Source: Acidobacteriota bacterium
GTDB lineage: Bacteria > Acidobacteriota > UBA6911 > JACQSX01
Direction: 5' to 3'
DNA length: 64,000 nucleotides
Assembly: GCA_016211105.1 (NCBI GenBank)
Contig: JACQSX010000038.1
Location: forward strand, 12,876-76,875
Positions 1 to 9,217 of the stretch are shown piece by piece; position 1 is the first letter of the stretch, and every line of letters starts with the position of its first letter. A program made the translations under genes and the position numbers. The notes below the pieces were generated by a model, which was given only the letters and a program-made list of their open reading frames with translations, had not been told where the DNA came from and did not search any database.

Positions 1-498
1 GTCAAACAACAGATTGCCGACAACCACACAGGCCTCCCCGATGCGGCCGCCGCCTGTGCCCGCGATCCGTTTTCCAGCCACTTCAATTTCGTTGGCATCC
101 CATAACTCGGCATTCAGTCCCAAGCGCCGCAGCGTCTTTGTCGGAGCGCCAAGCACGTTTTTGTAAATGTCTCGAGATACAACGGGCATGCGGGTATGAT
201 GGGCGATGCACTGATAGAAAATTTGGTTCACGTCCAAATAGGTGGCGCCACCGCCCAAGCGCCTGCGGAAAACGGCCAATCCCCGCCGCTCGCACTCTTG
301 CCGTTCCAGCGTCGCATCATAAGCCTGGTGATAGCCTAGACAGAGGTAAGGTTCCCGCGGCCGGCAAAGAAGGATGGTATCGGGAGAATCGATCCGCATC
401 GTGGCAGCAATTGCATGATAAAGAGCCTGCGTTCGCCATGATTCGGTCAACCCCAAATCCAACAACCGGATGACATTTCGGTTCGATCGCGGGCACAT
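1..498 (-). CDS. Lipoate-protein ligase / BPL_LplA_LipB-family protein, N-terminal part (runs off the left edge of the window)
   Basis: Absent from the ORF track because there is no stop inside the window. Manual translation of the minus strand from ATG 498-496 stays open to nt 1: MCPRSNRNVIRLLDLGLTESWRTQALYHAIAATMRIDSPDTILLCRPREPYLCLGYHQAYD...FRRRLGGGATYLDVNQIFYQ...IEVAGKRIAGTGGGRIGEACVVVGNLLFD. The RRxxGGGAxY and GKRIAG motifs are typical of LplA/LipB-fold enzymes. The ATG overlaps the TGA of the upstream radical SAM gene (TGATG). Confidence 0.7.
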   Translation of the reverse strand, partial: MCPRSNRNVIRLLDLGLTESWRTQALYHAIAATMRIDSPDTILLCRPREPYLCLGYHQAYDATLERQECERRGLAVFRRRLGGGATYLDVNQIFYQCIAHHTRMPVVSRDIYKNVLGAPTKTLRRLGLNAELWDANEIEVAGKRIAGTGGGRIGEACVVVGNLLFD

Positions 499-1610
499 CA
501 ATTCGCCATCGGAGTCAATTTTGACCAGACCTCATCCAACCGCATTTCTCTGCAAATCACGATCAGGTCGTCGCGCGCGGGCTGAAACGGATAATCTCGA
601 AATTCTTCGCCTGGCCGGTAAGAACCATAAGGTCGATTACAAGCCAACTTGCCCTGCCGATCGGGGCAGCCGTTGGTCATAAAGGGCAGGCCGCTTTCAA
701 CCGCCACGTCCACCATGATCTCAGGCGCATCCAATCGGGAGATGGCGCCTTGTTCGTCAAACTCCAAGTTTTCAAGAGACAGATTAGAATTCTCGATCAA
801 ATATTTGATCAACTGAATACGGCGAAGACGCTGGATGGACGCTCTCGGCGCGTCTTGCATTGTGGTCCCAGGCTCGGGATTAAACGAAAAAAGGTAGCCT
901 GCGATCTGTTCCGACTTAAGCTGGAAGAACAAGTCGACCAGCTCACCGTCGGTCTCTCCCAAGCCAACAATGATGTGGCAGTTCACCTTCATGGGGCCGT
1001 AGATCTGACGAGCCTGCCGGATTATCTCCCAGTGGTGATCCCACTGATGCGGGCCCCGAGCGCCCCGTCCGCGTGTCTGGTAGAACACGTGCTGAGAGGC
1101 TGCATCCAACCCAACACCGATGATGTCCACGCCCGCGTCCTTGATCGCGTGCAGTCGTTCTTGATCGAGTGTGGTCGCGCTCACCAAAGCGGAAATTGGC
1201 GCCGTTTCCGAGGCCCGCCGGATGCGACCGGTCATATCGATCAGGTCCTCATAGGCCCGAGGATCTTGTACCTGCGCGATACAGACCCGACCCACGCCCG
1301 CGGTCGCCTCCCTCTGGGCAATTTTCTCGGCCACCAAGTCGGTGGGGTAGAGCGGCCAAGCCACTCGAATAAACGTATTGTCCTCCGGTACCCCAGGCCG
1401 CTCCCGCGCCAAACCGCAGTAAGAACAATTGGCATAACAGCCCTCGGGATAATTCTGCAGCAAATTGATGCAACCGCAGCCACAATCGCGCAACAACCGG
1501 CCTGGCTTGAGGCGCAATTCAATCGCGGCAGCCATGCTGATGCGCACGTAATCCGGACTGATTTGAAATTGTTCACTCTGCTGATCCAGTGGAACAACGA
1601 CCCTGGCCAT
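498..1610 (-). CDS. Radical SAM protein, LipS1/LipS2-type lipoyl synthase candidate
   Basis: 370-aa ORF with the radical SAM CxxxCxxC motif 'CYANCSYC'. It lies between lipoate ligase genes inside an sHdr/LbpA cluster, which is the context described for LipS1/LipS2. S1 versus S2 cannot be decided by eye. Confidence 0.7.
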   Translation of the reverse strand: MARVVVPLDQQSEQFQISPDYVRISMAAAIELRLKPGRLLRDCGCGCINLLQNYPEGCYANCSYCGLARERPGVPEDNTFIRVAWPLYPTDLVAEKIAQREATAGVGRVCIAQVQDPRAYEDLIDMTGRIRRASETAPISALVSATTLDQERLHAIKDAGVDIIGVGLDAASQHVFYQTRGRGARGPHQWDHHWEIIRQARQIYGPMKVNCHIIVGLGETDGELVDLFFQLKSEQIAGYLFSFNPEPGTTMQDAPRASIQRLRRIQLIKYLIENSNLSLENLEFDEQGAISRLDAPEIMVDVAVESGLPFMTNGCPDRQGKLACNRPYGSYRPGEEFRDYPFQPARDDLIVICREMRLDEVWSKLTPMAN

Positions 1611-1634
1611 AACTTCCTCACGATTCCTTAAGCT

Positions 1635-2612
1635 CTACCAAGTGACACCGCAACAAGCATTGACAAAATGCGGCTCGAGGCTTTGCATACGGGCATACTC
1701 CACGATCCCCTCTGCCGGGTAAGCGATGCCATTGAAACCAACGTCAATCGCCAGTCGATCAATCGCCACTTTGAGATCGCCTAGAGGTCTTGCACAGCCC
1801 AGCATCACGGGTGTGGCCGGTAACTCCTTGCGCGTAAGCTGGAAAAAATCAGCGATCTGATCCATCCTGGGCGGCCGAGCCAATGCCATCGGCGTTCCCG
1901 TCAACGGCATCAGGACCACCAGCACCAAAAGCTTCGGTGGATGAGCGGCGATCATTTCCAGAGCTCCCCACTCTCCTAACATGCGCCCAAAGTGCAATCC
2001 CAGAATAATGTGAGGGACCGTGGGAACCTGGTAGCGTTCCAGCAGCGCGAGCGCGGCCTGGTATTCTTCCGGCGATGCGTCCAGATGGTAGACTTCGCGA
2101 ATCGTGTCTTGATGGCCGATGACATCCATCATCGCGCCATCAATGTCGATATCACCCAACGCGCGACAGGTTTCTGCATCCGGCAAGCCAGGATGAACCC
2201 GGATCTTCATCCCCAACTCCCGCCGTACTCGAATTAGGTCATGGATATGGTTGAGCAAAGGCACGCGTCCCCGTTTGTCGCTTCCCCCGGAAACGAGCAC
2301 GCCTCGAGCTCCTCGGTCCGCAAGCGCCGCGCATAATTCGAAGAGCGAACCGTCGAATTGCGGCAACGCCGTCATCCCCTTGAGCACCGCCATTTTGCAA
2401 TGTTCACAACTCAAGGCGCACGAGGCTCCGGTAAGACTGATCGAGACAAATTCCGCGGAATTTTGCCCGCTGTATTCTGAAGTCTTGTAACGCTTCAGTC
2501 CCGGCGCATGAAACACGATCTGATCCGGAAAATGAGCGCGCCGTATCTCGAAACATTTCGGATCGATCCTGAATGATGAGGGCGGCGTCCCATCGATGAA
2601 CGGATCAGCCAT
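1635..2612 (-). CDS. Radical SAM protein, LipS1/LipS2-type lipoyl synthase candidate
   Basis: 325-aa ORF with the radical SAM motif 'CALSCEHC'. Its ATG (2612-2610) overlaps the end of the upstream ligase gene by 8 nt. Confidence 0.7.
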   Translation of the reverse strand: MADPFIDGTPPSSFRIDPKCFEIRRAHFPDQIVFHAPGLKRYKTSEYSGQNSAEFVSISLTGASCALSCEHCKMAVLKGMTALPQFDGSLFELCAALADRGARGVLVSGGSDKRGRVPLLNHIHDLIRVRRELGMKIRVHPGLPDAETCRALGDIDIDGAMMDVIGHQDTIREVYHLDASPEEYQAALALLERYQVPTVPHIILGLHFGRMLGEWGALEMIAAHPPKLLVLVVLMPLTGTPMALARPPRMDQIADFFQLTRKELPATPVMLGCARPLGDLKVAIDRLAIDVGFNGIAYPAEGIVEYARMQSLEPHFVNACCGVTW

Positions 2613-3741
2613 GCGCGCTCTCCGGCACTACAAAACATCCGTAGGGCTCACCCGGCATTCCGCTCTTAACGAGGGCGGCGCTCTGTACCGCTAACTCAAT
2701 CGCCTCGGCAAGGCCCGCCAACGGGACCGCCTCCGATAGCCCTGGGTGCGCCGCGTAAATTTCCTGCAACGTCGCAACTACCTGCTCCGGCGCACTGGAG
2801 TGCCACCGCAAAGCGGCCTCCAGAGCGGCAATGCCGACCTCCGGCGCGAAGAAATCGCCCGCGATCAACACAGCTTTTAACCTCCGCCCCGCCAACGTCA
2901 CCTTCAGGTCTAAGAGACCGGCCGGTGTCTTCACCTTTGCGGCGCCTGCCGCGTCGTTCACGTCGGTTGTCTGAAACACCCAGTCACGCGCCAGATACTT
3001 GTCTCGTTCCATCTGCGCAATTGCCTGAGACTCCTCGGGTGTAAAATCACTCGCTTGAAGGCCAACGTTAAAGACGGCGCTGTAGCCAGCCGCTACTTCA
3101 CGACGAACTTCATCTAACGAAATCTCCTTGCCTAGCTCTCTGCGCACCGTCGTCGTTCGTGCCGCGACCCATGCAATCTCCTTATCCCGGATTTTCTCAA
3201 AAGGCGTGTTCAGCACCCGCAGCATCAAGGGCACGTCAAGATCGACCAACAGCGAAGCATGAAACAGCAGCCCTCCCGTTGGGACACGACAAACACCCAG
3301 TCCTGCGATCTTCCGCCCGGAGACTTCGATATCGTTCTTACGCCGGAACTCCGCCCCCAGGCCTAGATCGCGCAATGCTGCAACTAATCCAGCCGAGAAC
3401 TTCTTCATCCAAGCGCGGGCCCCACCGCAGGGGTCCCCGCTCCCATCGGGGACCGCCAGCGCCACTCCTAATTGGTCCTCTCCCATAAGAATCGCGCCAC
3501 CACCGGTCGGCCGACGGTTCATCGCAATCCCATGCTCCTGGCAGTAGTCCATGTGAATCTCATGTTCGACTCGCTGGAAACGCCCTACGAGAGCACAATG
3601 AGAACGGTAGGTGTAAAGGCGAAGGGTTGTCTGTGAGCCGCCGGTCCCGACTCTCCGGGCAAGCGCATCATCTACCGCCAAGCCCCAGGAGGCGGAGACA
3701 CCATCGTCCGTTACCAATCGCCAGCCAACGGAACCCTTCAT
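2605..3741 (-). CDS. lplA: Lipoate-protein ligase (LplA-like, sLpl(AB)-type candidate)
   Basis: 378 aa. 'NRRPTGGGAILMGEDQLGVALAV' and 'GRKIAGLGVCRV' match LplA catalytic motifs. A long C-terminal region is consistent with a fused accessory domain. Confidence 0.8.
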   Translation of the reverse strand: MKGSVGWRLVTDDGVSASWGLAVDDALARRVGTGGSQTTLRLYTYRSHCALVGRFQRVEHEIHMDYCQEHGIAMNRRPTGGGAILMGEDQLGVALAVPDGSGDPCGGARAWMKKFSAGLVAALRDLGLGAEFRRKNDIEVSGRKIAGLGVCRVPTGGLLFHASLLVDLDVPLMLRVLNTPFEKIRDKEIAWVAARTTTVRRELGKEISLDEVRREVAAGYSAVFNVGLQASDFTPEESQAIAQMERDKYLARDWVFQTTDVNDAAGAAKVKTPAGLLDLKVTLAGRRLKAVLIAGDFFAPEVGIAALEAALRWHSSAPEQVVATLQEIYAAHPGLSEAVPLAGLAEAIELAVQSAALVKSGMPGEPYGCFVVPESAHG

Positions 3742-3835
3742 GGTTCAGACCAAGTCACGGTTTGCCAACACATACAAAAGCAGCGGATCGGGCCAACGCG
3801 CATTCGTGTTGCGCCCCCTTAGTGCCGATCCTTGC

Positions 3836-4279
3836 CTATATCCAGCCCTGCGCCTGGTAGCGCTCAACCTCCGCCTTTACCCATCCCGGAATCGCGTCGC
3901 CTGCAATGAGTTCCGCCGACTCTTTCGGCCAGCTCGTAGGGTCGATCGAAGCGATCCAGCCTCCTTCATAGGGGTCGCGATTCACCAATGAGGGATCACG
4001 CAGCACCAGCTCATTTCGGCCAATCAGAATCCCGCTCACTGGAGCGATCAGATCACCTGTCATTTTGGCCGCCTCCAGAGTACCGACGGGTTCGCCGCGC
4101 CTGACTGGAGTCCCGACGGGTTGCAATGTGACGTATACCAGGTCGCCCAGCGCGCTTAGACCAAGCGCATCCAAACCCACAACGATTCGACCGGTGGCAG
4201 AATCAACCCGCGCCCAGAGATGGTTTACAGGATCGTAATAGCGATCATTTGGAATGTGGAAATTTCCGGAATCTGTCAT
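3836..4279 (-). CDS. lbpA: GcvH-like lipoate-binding protein LbpA
   Basis: 147 aa, GcvH-like throughout. The lipoyl-lysine context is 'GTLEAAKMTGDLIAPVSG'. It is adjacent to the lipoate ligase. Confidence 0.8.
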   Translation of the reverse strand: MTDSGNFHIPNDRYYDPVNHLWARVDSATGRIVVGLDALGLSALGDLVYVTLQPVGTPVRRGEPVGTLEAAKMTGDLIAPVSGILIGRNELVLRDPSLVNRDPYEGGWIASIDPTSWPKESAELIAGDAIPGWVKAEVERYQAQGWI

Positions 4280-4348
4280 TCCCGCCTCGCTGAAGCTATT
4301 TGAGATTTTCTCTATCTGTATCGGTAGGACTTCCGAGCGAGTCTCCCT

Positions 4349-5317
4349 TTAGCTTTTCACCCTCTCGGTCAACACAGGCACAATATCAAACAAGTCTCCT
4401 ACCACGCCATAATGGGCATAATCAAAAATGGGCGCGTTGGGATCCGAATTGATCGCGATAATAAGCTCGGCGTCCTTCATGCCCTCGATGTGCTCGGGCG
4501 CGCCGCTAATGCCGACTGCAAGATAAAGTTTCGGCTTGACCTTCACGCCCGACTTGCCCACCTGCCGGGTACGCGGGAGCCACTTGCTGTCGACAATGGG
4601 GCGCGAAGACGCCAGCGCCCCCCCCACAGCCTCCGCCAGGGCCTGCACGAGCGGTAGGTTATCAGCGCTCTGAATACCCCGGCCCACGCTCACAAGGACA
4701 TCTTGGGTGGTAATATCCACATCACCACCTTCCGGTTCGATGAGCTGTTTAAATCGAACCTTAGGACCGCCTAAAGGCGGCGTGGCAAAATCTTCGACCT
4801 GCGGCAATCCTCGGGTCGTGCGGCCTTTATCGGCCGGCGAAGCTCCGGCCAAGAGGCTGACCACCACACCGGCTCCCACAAACTGCGATTCCACGTAAAG
4901 CTTGCCGCCGTAAAGCTGGCTGGTAGCAAGCAACGAACCGTCTTCCCATTTCACATCGACTGCATACGCGACCAATGGCAGATTTGCTCCCACTGAGAGC
5001 GACGCCGCCAGATCCATTCCCATCGAGGAATTTGCCACCAGCGTAACCGCCGGCCTCTTGGTTTTAACAACCTCCACCAAGGCGGCACTGTAAGCTTCCG
5101 GATTAAAACTTTCCAGTTGGGGATGCTCAACGACGATCACCCGGTCGGCGGCGCCCAATTCCGCCCCCAGGTTTTTTACCCCATGGCCGAAAAGCAGGGC
5201 GATGAGATTTTCCCCCCTCGCGTCCGCCAATTCGCGGCCCTTGCCGAGCAGCTCGAAGGTTACCTCGACCAGCTTCCCTTTAAAATGCTCGGCCACCACG
5301 TAAACGTCTTGGCTCAT
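4349..5317 (-). CDS. etfA: Electron transfer flavoprotein alpha subunit
   Basis: The likely start is 'MSQDVYVVAEH' at ATG 5317; the ORF track start at 5374 is an upstream extension. The C-terminal FAD-binding signature is 'PKLYLAVGISGAPEHIEGM'. Confidence 0.85.
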   Translation of the reverse strand: MSQDVYVVAEHFKGKLVEVTFELLGKGRELADARGENLIALLFGHGVKNLGAELGAADRVIVVEHPQLESFNPEAYSAALVEVVKTKRPAVTLVANSSMGMDLAASLSVGANLPLVAYAVDVKWEDGSLLATSQLYGGKLYVESQFVGAGVVVSLLAGASPADKGRTTRGLPQVEDFATPPLGGPKVRFKQLIEPEGGDVDITTQDVLVSVGRGIQSADNLPLVQALAEAVGGALASSRPIVDSKWLPRTRQVGKSGVKVKPKLYLAVGISGAPEHIEGMKDAELIIAINSDPNAPIFDYAHYGVVGDLFDIVPVLTERVKS

Positions 5318-5399
5318 GCGTATATCCTTTTTAAAAAAGAGTGCTTGCTTCGAAAAGGTCGCGTCCCAAAACAACGATTCCCAGCTTTCGCACCCGCTG

Positions 5400-6167
5400 T
5401 CACTTCTTCAGTCCCTTCGCCTTCAGGAGATCAATAACCTTATCGGCAATTTCCTCCGGACTACCCTGGATCATTTGCGCCCGTGAGCCTTTTGGGGGTT
5501 TCATCATCCGCCGTACACTGGAACCCTCATCACCGGCGGCATTGTGGACCTCCACTTCCTCCAATGTCGCACTTTTCATTACTTGACGAACGCGGCTGAC
5601 GGCCACATAGCGCGGGATCTCACGCGCCGCCTGGATACCCAAAACCGCAGGCAGATCCACTTCAAACTCAGCCATGACACCGCCGGAGTACTCCTTCCTG
5701 ACAACTGCCTTGCCGCTTTCCACCCTGACCCCGGTCACGACACTCACTTGCGGCACACCCAAATAGCCGGCCAGAAGCGCGCCAAGCTGGCCATCCCGGT
5801 CGTCAACCGCCTGGACACCGGTTAGAATCAGGTCATAAGGAATTGCGGCAATGGCGCCGGCCATGGCTTTGGCCGCGGCGTGCATGGCAACGCCACCGGC
5901 AAAATCACCCATAAGTTTGATGCCTCGATCGGCGCCTTTTGCGATGGCGGTGAACAGCATTTTGTCCGTTTCCTCACCGTCAAGCGCCAGCACCGTTACC
6001 GCGCCGCCGATTTCAGCTTTCAATTGCAGCGCTTCTTCCAGCGCCTGATCGTCAAACTCGTTGATCTTGTATTTGACAGTGTCGCGACTCAGGTCGGTTC
6101 CTTCCTCGTTAAGCTCGAGTTCCTCAACCAGGTCGGGTACCTGCTTGATCGGGACTACAAAGTTCAT
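5400..6167 (-). CDS. etfB: Electron transfer flavoprotein beta subunit
   Basis: 255 aa. Features are 'MNFVVPIKQVPD', 'LILTGVQAVDDRDGQLG' and 'PRYV'. An AAGGAG Shine-Dalgarno (SD) sequence lies 6 nt upstream. Confidence 0.85.
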   Translation of the reverse strand: MNFVVPIKQVPDLVEELELNEEGTDLSRDTVKYKINEFDDQALEEALQLKAEIGGAVTVLALDGEETDKMLFTAIAKGADRGIKLMGDFAGGVAMHAAAKAMAGAIAAIPYDLILTGVQAVDDRDGQLGALLAGYLGVPQVSVVTGVRVESGKAVVRKEYSGGVMAEFEVDLPAVLGIQAAREIPRYVAVSRVRQVMKSATLEEVEVHNAAGDEGSSVRRMMKPPKGSRAQMIQGSPEEIADKVIDLLKAKGLKK

Positions 6168-6277
6168 GCTCGCTCCTTGTATAATCGATCAGTTGCCGGT
6201 CGGGGTTCGCTCGCCAGGAGGCGCTGCTGTCATGGGGAGCACATTCTGGCAACGAAAGACGCTAGTGTATGGACGTA

Positions 6278-7765
6278 TCACATTGCCAGAAGCGCGTCTA
6301 CTTCACCCTTCACCGAGAAAACCTTCGTGTGGTCAAACTTAAACACTTTATGCTCGTAATCTCCGTTGGACAACCGTGTGTATTGCGCCTGATAGAAGTC
6401 TTTGTTGGCGCTAATGTGGCGCAGCGCTGCCGCCAGCGCATCCACGTCCTCCATCGTGTTGTAAATCCCGAAGCTTGAGCGCACCATCCCGCGATGCAAC
6501 TCGGCCTGATTCGCCAGTTCCTCATCCGAGAGTCCGTCCGCTTCGTCGGTGAGACTCTGAGTCACCATTTCGCGCACGTAAGGGTGCGCGCAAAAGCATT
6601 CATTGCGCACTGCGATGTTGAAATAATCATTGAGCGCGGCGGCCGTCAGCGCGTGGTCGAGGTTTTTGAGATTAAAAGAAATGGCCCCCGTTCGTTGGCA
6701 TTGGCTGCAATCGGTTTCGCCATAAATGATGATGTCCTGGACCGTGCCGAGCTTGCCGATCGCACAGTCGATCAGTTTCCCCTCCTCTTCGGCGACCACG
6801 TCCATACCCACCTTGCTCAGAGCATAAAGAGCGGCGCCCAGGCCAATCGCCCCACAGATGTTGGGCGTCCCAGCTTCTTCCCGATCGGGAAAATGTTTGG
6901 AAATCGTGTAACGGTTGAGAGCGACCTGATCGACCATGCCGCCACCCACTTCCTGCGGTTCCAGGCCCGCAAAAAGTTCCTTGCGAGTCACTACGACCCC
7001 AGGAGATCCGGGCGCGTAAATTTTGTGGCCGGAGAAGACCAGCGCGTCGATGTCCTGAGTGGGATTTCCATGTCCGCTCACCTGGACCGGCAAGTGCGCG
7101 GCCATCTGCGCTGCATCCACAACGATCAGCGCCCCATGCCGATGCGCCAGTTCCGCCACCTCATGCACTGGATTAATGATACCGGTGACATTAGAGACTC
7201 CGGTGATGGCAACATAATTGACCCTTTTGGAGTGTTCGCGCAACGCTTCCTCGAGTCTCCGCAGGTCGACACAGCCGAACGAACGGGTCGCCATCGCCAC
7301 GGGAACGTGCACGACATGGCGGAAGTGCTTGCGATGAGGCAAGTCGTTCGAGTGGTGTTCCATAACCGAGGTGATCACCACGTCGCGGTTCGGCCGCTTT
7401 TCCCGCAGGGTCCGAGCCACCCGGTTGATCCCGGCAGTCGTGCCACTGCCTACAAAAAACGCCGTGTAGATCTCAGGATTTGCGCGCACAAAGCTCAAGA
7501 CCATCTCGTGCGCCCAGCGGTATTCCGCCGTAGAAAGCTTGGCGCCGAAATGCAGTACGCTGTGGGTATTGGAATAATAAGGCTGAAATTTGTCCAGAAC
7601 GTCCTGTACCACTTTAAGGCGAAGCGTGCTGGCGGTACTGTCAAGGTAAATGCGCCGGGTCCGTTCGCCCGTAGCCAGCGTATAGTGCACATCCAGACCA
7701 ACGACCCCGCGGCGCAGCTTATCCAAAAGCGCAGAGCCTTGCACAACGCTCTCTTGAGTTCCCAT
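6278..7765 (-). CDS. Class V aminotransferase-fold PLP enzyme, SufS/CsdA-like cysteine desulfurase candidate
   Basis: Start taken at ATG 7765 (AAGGAGG 9 nt upstream). The PLP-lysine context is 'FSGHKIYAPGSPG'. The SufS-like active-site region is 'RNECFCAHPYV' (compare 'RTGHHCAQP'). Confidence 0.65.
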   Translation of the reverse strand: MGTQESVVQGSALLDKLRRGVVGLDVHYTLATGERTRRIYLDSTASTLRLKVVQDVLDKFQPYYSNTHSVLHFGAKLSTAEYRWAHEMVLSFVRANPEIYTAFFVGSGTTAGINRVARTLREKRPNRDVVITSVMEHHSNDLPHRKHFRHVVHVPVAMATRSFGCVDLRRLEEALREHSKRVNYVAITGVSNVTGIINPVHEVAELAHRHGALIVVDAAQMAAHLPVQVSGHGNPTQDIDALVFSGHKIYAPGSPGVVVTRKELFAGLEPQEVGGGMVDQVALNRYTISKHFPDREEAGTPNICGAIGLGAALYALSKVGMDVVAEEEGKLIDCAIGKLGTVQDIIIYGETDCSQCQRTGAISFNLKNLDHALTAAALNDYFNIAVRNECFCAHPYVREMVTQSLTDEADGLSDEELANQAELHRGMVRSSFGIYNTMEDVDALAAALRHISANKDFYQAQYTRLSNGDYEHKVFKFDHTKVFSVKGEVDALLAM

Positions 7766-7855
7766 AATCGCCGACCTCCTTTGCACCTGAACTCGCTAAG
7801 CCTGCTGGCGATGAACCGTCTTGGTCAACCAGAAGCGCGCCTCGATTCGGCAGTC

Positions 7856-9217
7856 TTATCCCCGCATGGATTCATCGATCAACTCGATAATGTCACGCAC
7901 GATTAATCTGCCTTCATTGCCGGTGGATTTCACCGCGTCCTCAAAGCGAGATACTTCATAGGGACAACAGATCGCGAGCACTTCAGCGCCCGTCTCCACC
8001 GCCTCGCGCACTCGCCGCTCCGAGAGCCGCTCGCTCACGTGATCGGCCATGAACGAATCCAACCACATCCCGCCGCCACCACCGCCGCAGCAGTACCCGT
8101 TTTCCTTGCAGCGCCACATTTCAGTGAACTGAACTCCGGGAATGCCGCGCAGTAATTTCCGCGGCGCCTCATACTCGCCGTTGTGGCGGCCGAGATAGCA
8201 TGGGTCGTGGAAAGTAACTTTATATCTGATCTCCTTTCTCAGCATCGGCTGAAGCTGAGAAAGGCGGGCGGCAAGAAACTGCGTATAGTGCTCCACGTCG
8301 AACCGGACGCCAAGCTTGGGGTACTCTTTACGAAAAGCATTAAGAGCATGAGGATCGGTGACAACAACTTTGTCAAACTTGTATTTTTTGAACATTTTGA
8401 TGTTGTGCGTCGCCAGTTCCTCAAATAGGCCCGGCTCCCCGGCCAGCCGCTGCGAGTCACCGTCACATTTCTCTTCCGTTCCGAGAATACCAAAATCCAC
8501 TCCCAGCGCCTGGAAAACGCGAGCCAGCGCGCGGGAAGCGTCGATACCCCGCTTCAGATAGCTGGGATAGTCGCTGACAAACCACAGCACCTGCACCGGC
8601 CGATTCAGTTGCGACATAATCGGTATCGGCACGTCGGAATTCTTTGCCCAGTCCGCCCGTTTGCGAGGGGACTCGCCCAGAGGATTCCCATACTGGGCGC
8701 AATTCTCGAACATCTTTTGCAGTTCCGGAGGAACGTAACCCTCCAGGACCGCCTGCTCCCGCACCGCCGGCATGATCTGAATCAAGTTTACTTCCTTCGG
8801 GCAGACCCGCAGGCAGTTCATGCAGGTGGTGCACTTCCACAGCTCCGGACTCTGAAGCAGATCCATGCCGGTCTGAACTTGGCGGAAAAGCTTGCGTGGC
8901 CCGTAGCTTCCCACTATGTCCACTGGGCAAACGGGAACGCACTGGCCGCATTGATAGCACCACCCAAACGACTCACCGCCCTCAAGACTGGTAATCTTAT
9001 CCATCAGGTCGGTGGGGTAATCCCAGATAACCCGCTGCTCAAACATGCGGTTCCAGTGTCCTGAAATGTCCATGCCATCCTGGACCACATGCTCTTTTTC
9101 TTTGATCCGCTCTGTGTCAACCGTGCGAAGAGAACCCATAAGTTCAACGCTCCATGCTTTGAATCGACGCATTCCGTGGCAGACCGGCGATACACCGCTT
9201 AGCCCATCGCCACTCAT
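7856..9217 (-). CDS. HdrD-like fused Fe-S protein (2x[4Fe-4S] ferredoxin domain + two CCG domains); sHdrB3-type candidate
   Basis: 'CYQCGQCVPVCP' and 'CTTCMNCLRVCP' are followed by CCG-domain motifs 'DPCYLGRH...YCCGGGGGGMW...ICCPYEV'. No hydrophobic TM stretch is visible. There is an ATGA start/stop overlap with the upstream gene. Confidence 0.75.
   Translation of the reverse strand: MSGDGLSGVSPVCHGMRRFKAWSVELMGSLRTVDTERIKEKEHVVQDGMDISGHWNRMFEQRVIWDYPTDLMDKITSLEGGESFGWCYQCGQCVPVCPVDIVGSYGPRKLFRQVQTGMDLLQSPELWKCTTCMNCLRVCPKEVNLIQIMPAVREQAVLEGYVPPELQKMFENCAQYGNPLGESPRKRADWAKNSDVPIPIMSQLNRPVQVLWFVSDYPSYLKRGIDASRALARVFQALGVDFGILGTEEKCDGDSQRLAGEPGLFEELATHNIKMFKKYKFDKVVVTDPHALNAFRKEYPKLGVRFDVEHYTQFLAARLSQLQPMLRKEIRYKVTFHDPCYLGRHNGEYEAPRKLLRGIPGVQFTEMWRCKENGYCCGGGGGGMWLDSFMADHVSERLSERRVREAVETGAEVLAICCPYEVSRFEDAVKSTGNEGRLIVRDIIELIDESMRG

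Noticed and set aside
83-473. ORF-track entries 83-295 (-) and 138-473 (+) at the left edge.
   Set aside because: A third minus-strand frame is open across the whole of 1-498 and encodes clear LplA-family motifs with a coupled start. The listed ORFs have no recognisable features and lie out of frame or antisense to it.
6494-7906. A long antisense ORF (470 aa, +) opposite the PLP-enzyme gene. Similar long shadow ORFs lie at 750-1631, 17912-18877, 21094-21813, 22759-23574, 25851-26987, 28367-29080, 29285-30016, 50259-51068, 52685-53299, 55515-56900, 57528-58844 and 60239-60910.
   Set aside because: Each lies antisense to a gene with strong family motifs. They are Arg/Pro/Gly/Ser-rich low-complexity translations typical of GC-rich antisense frames, and they lack SD sequences.
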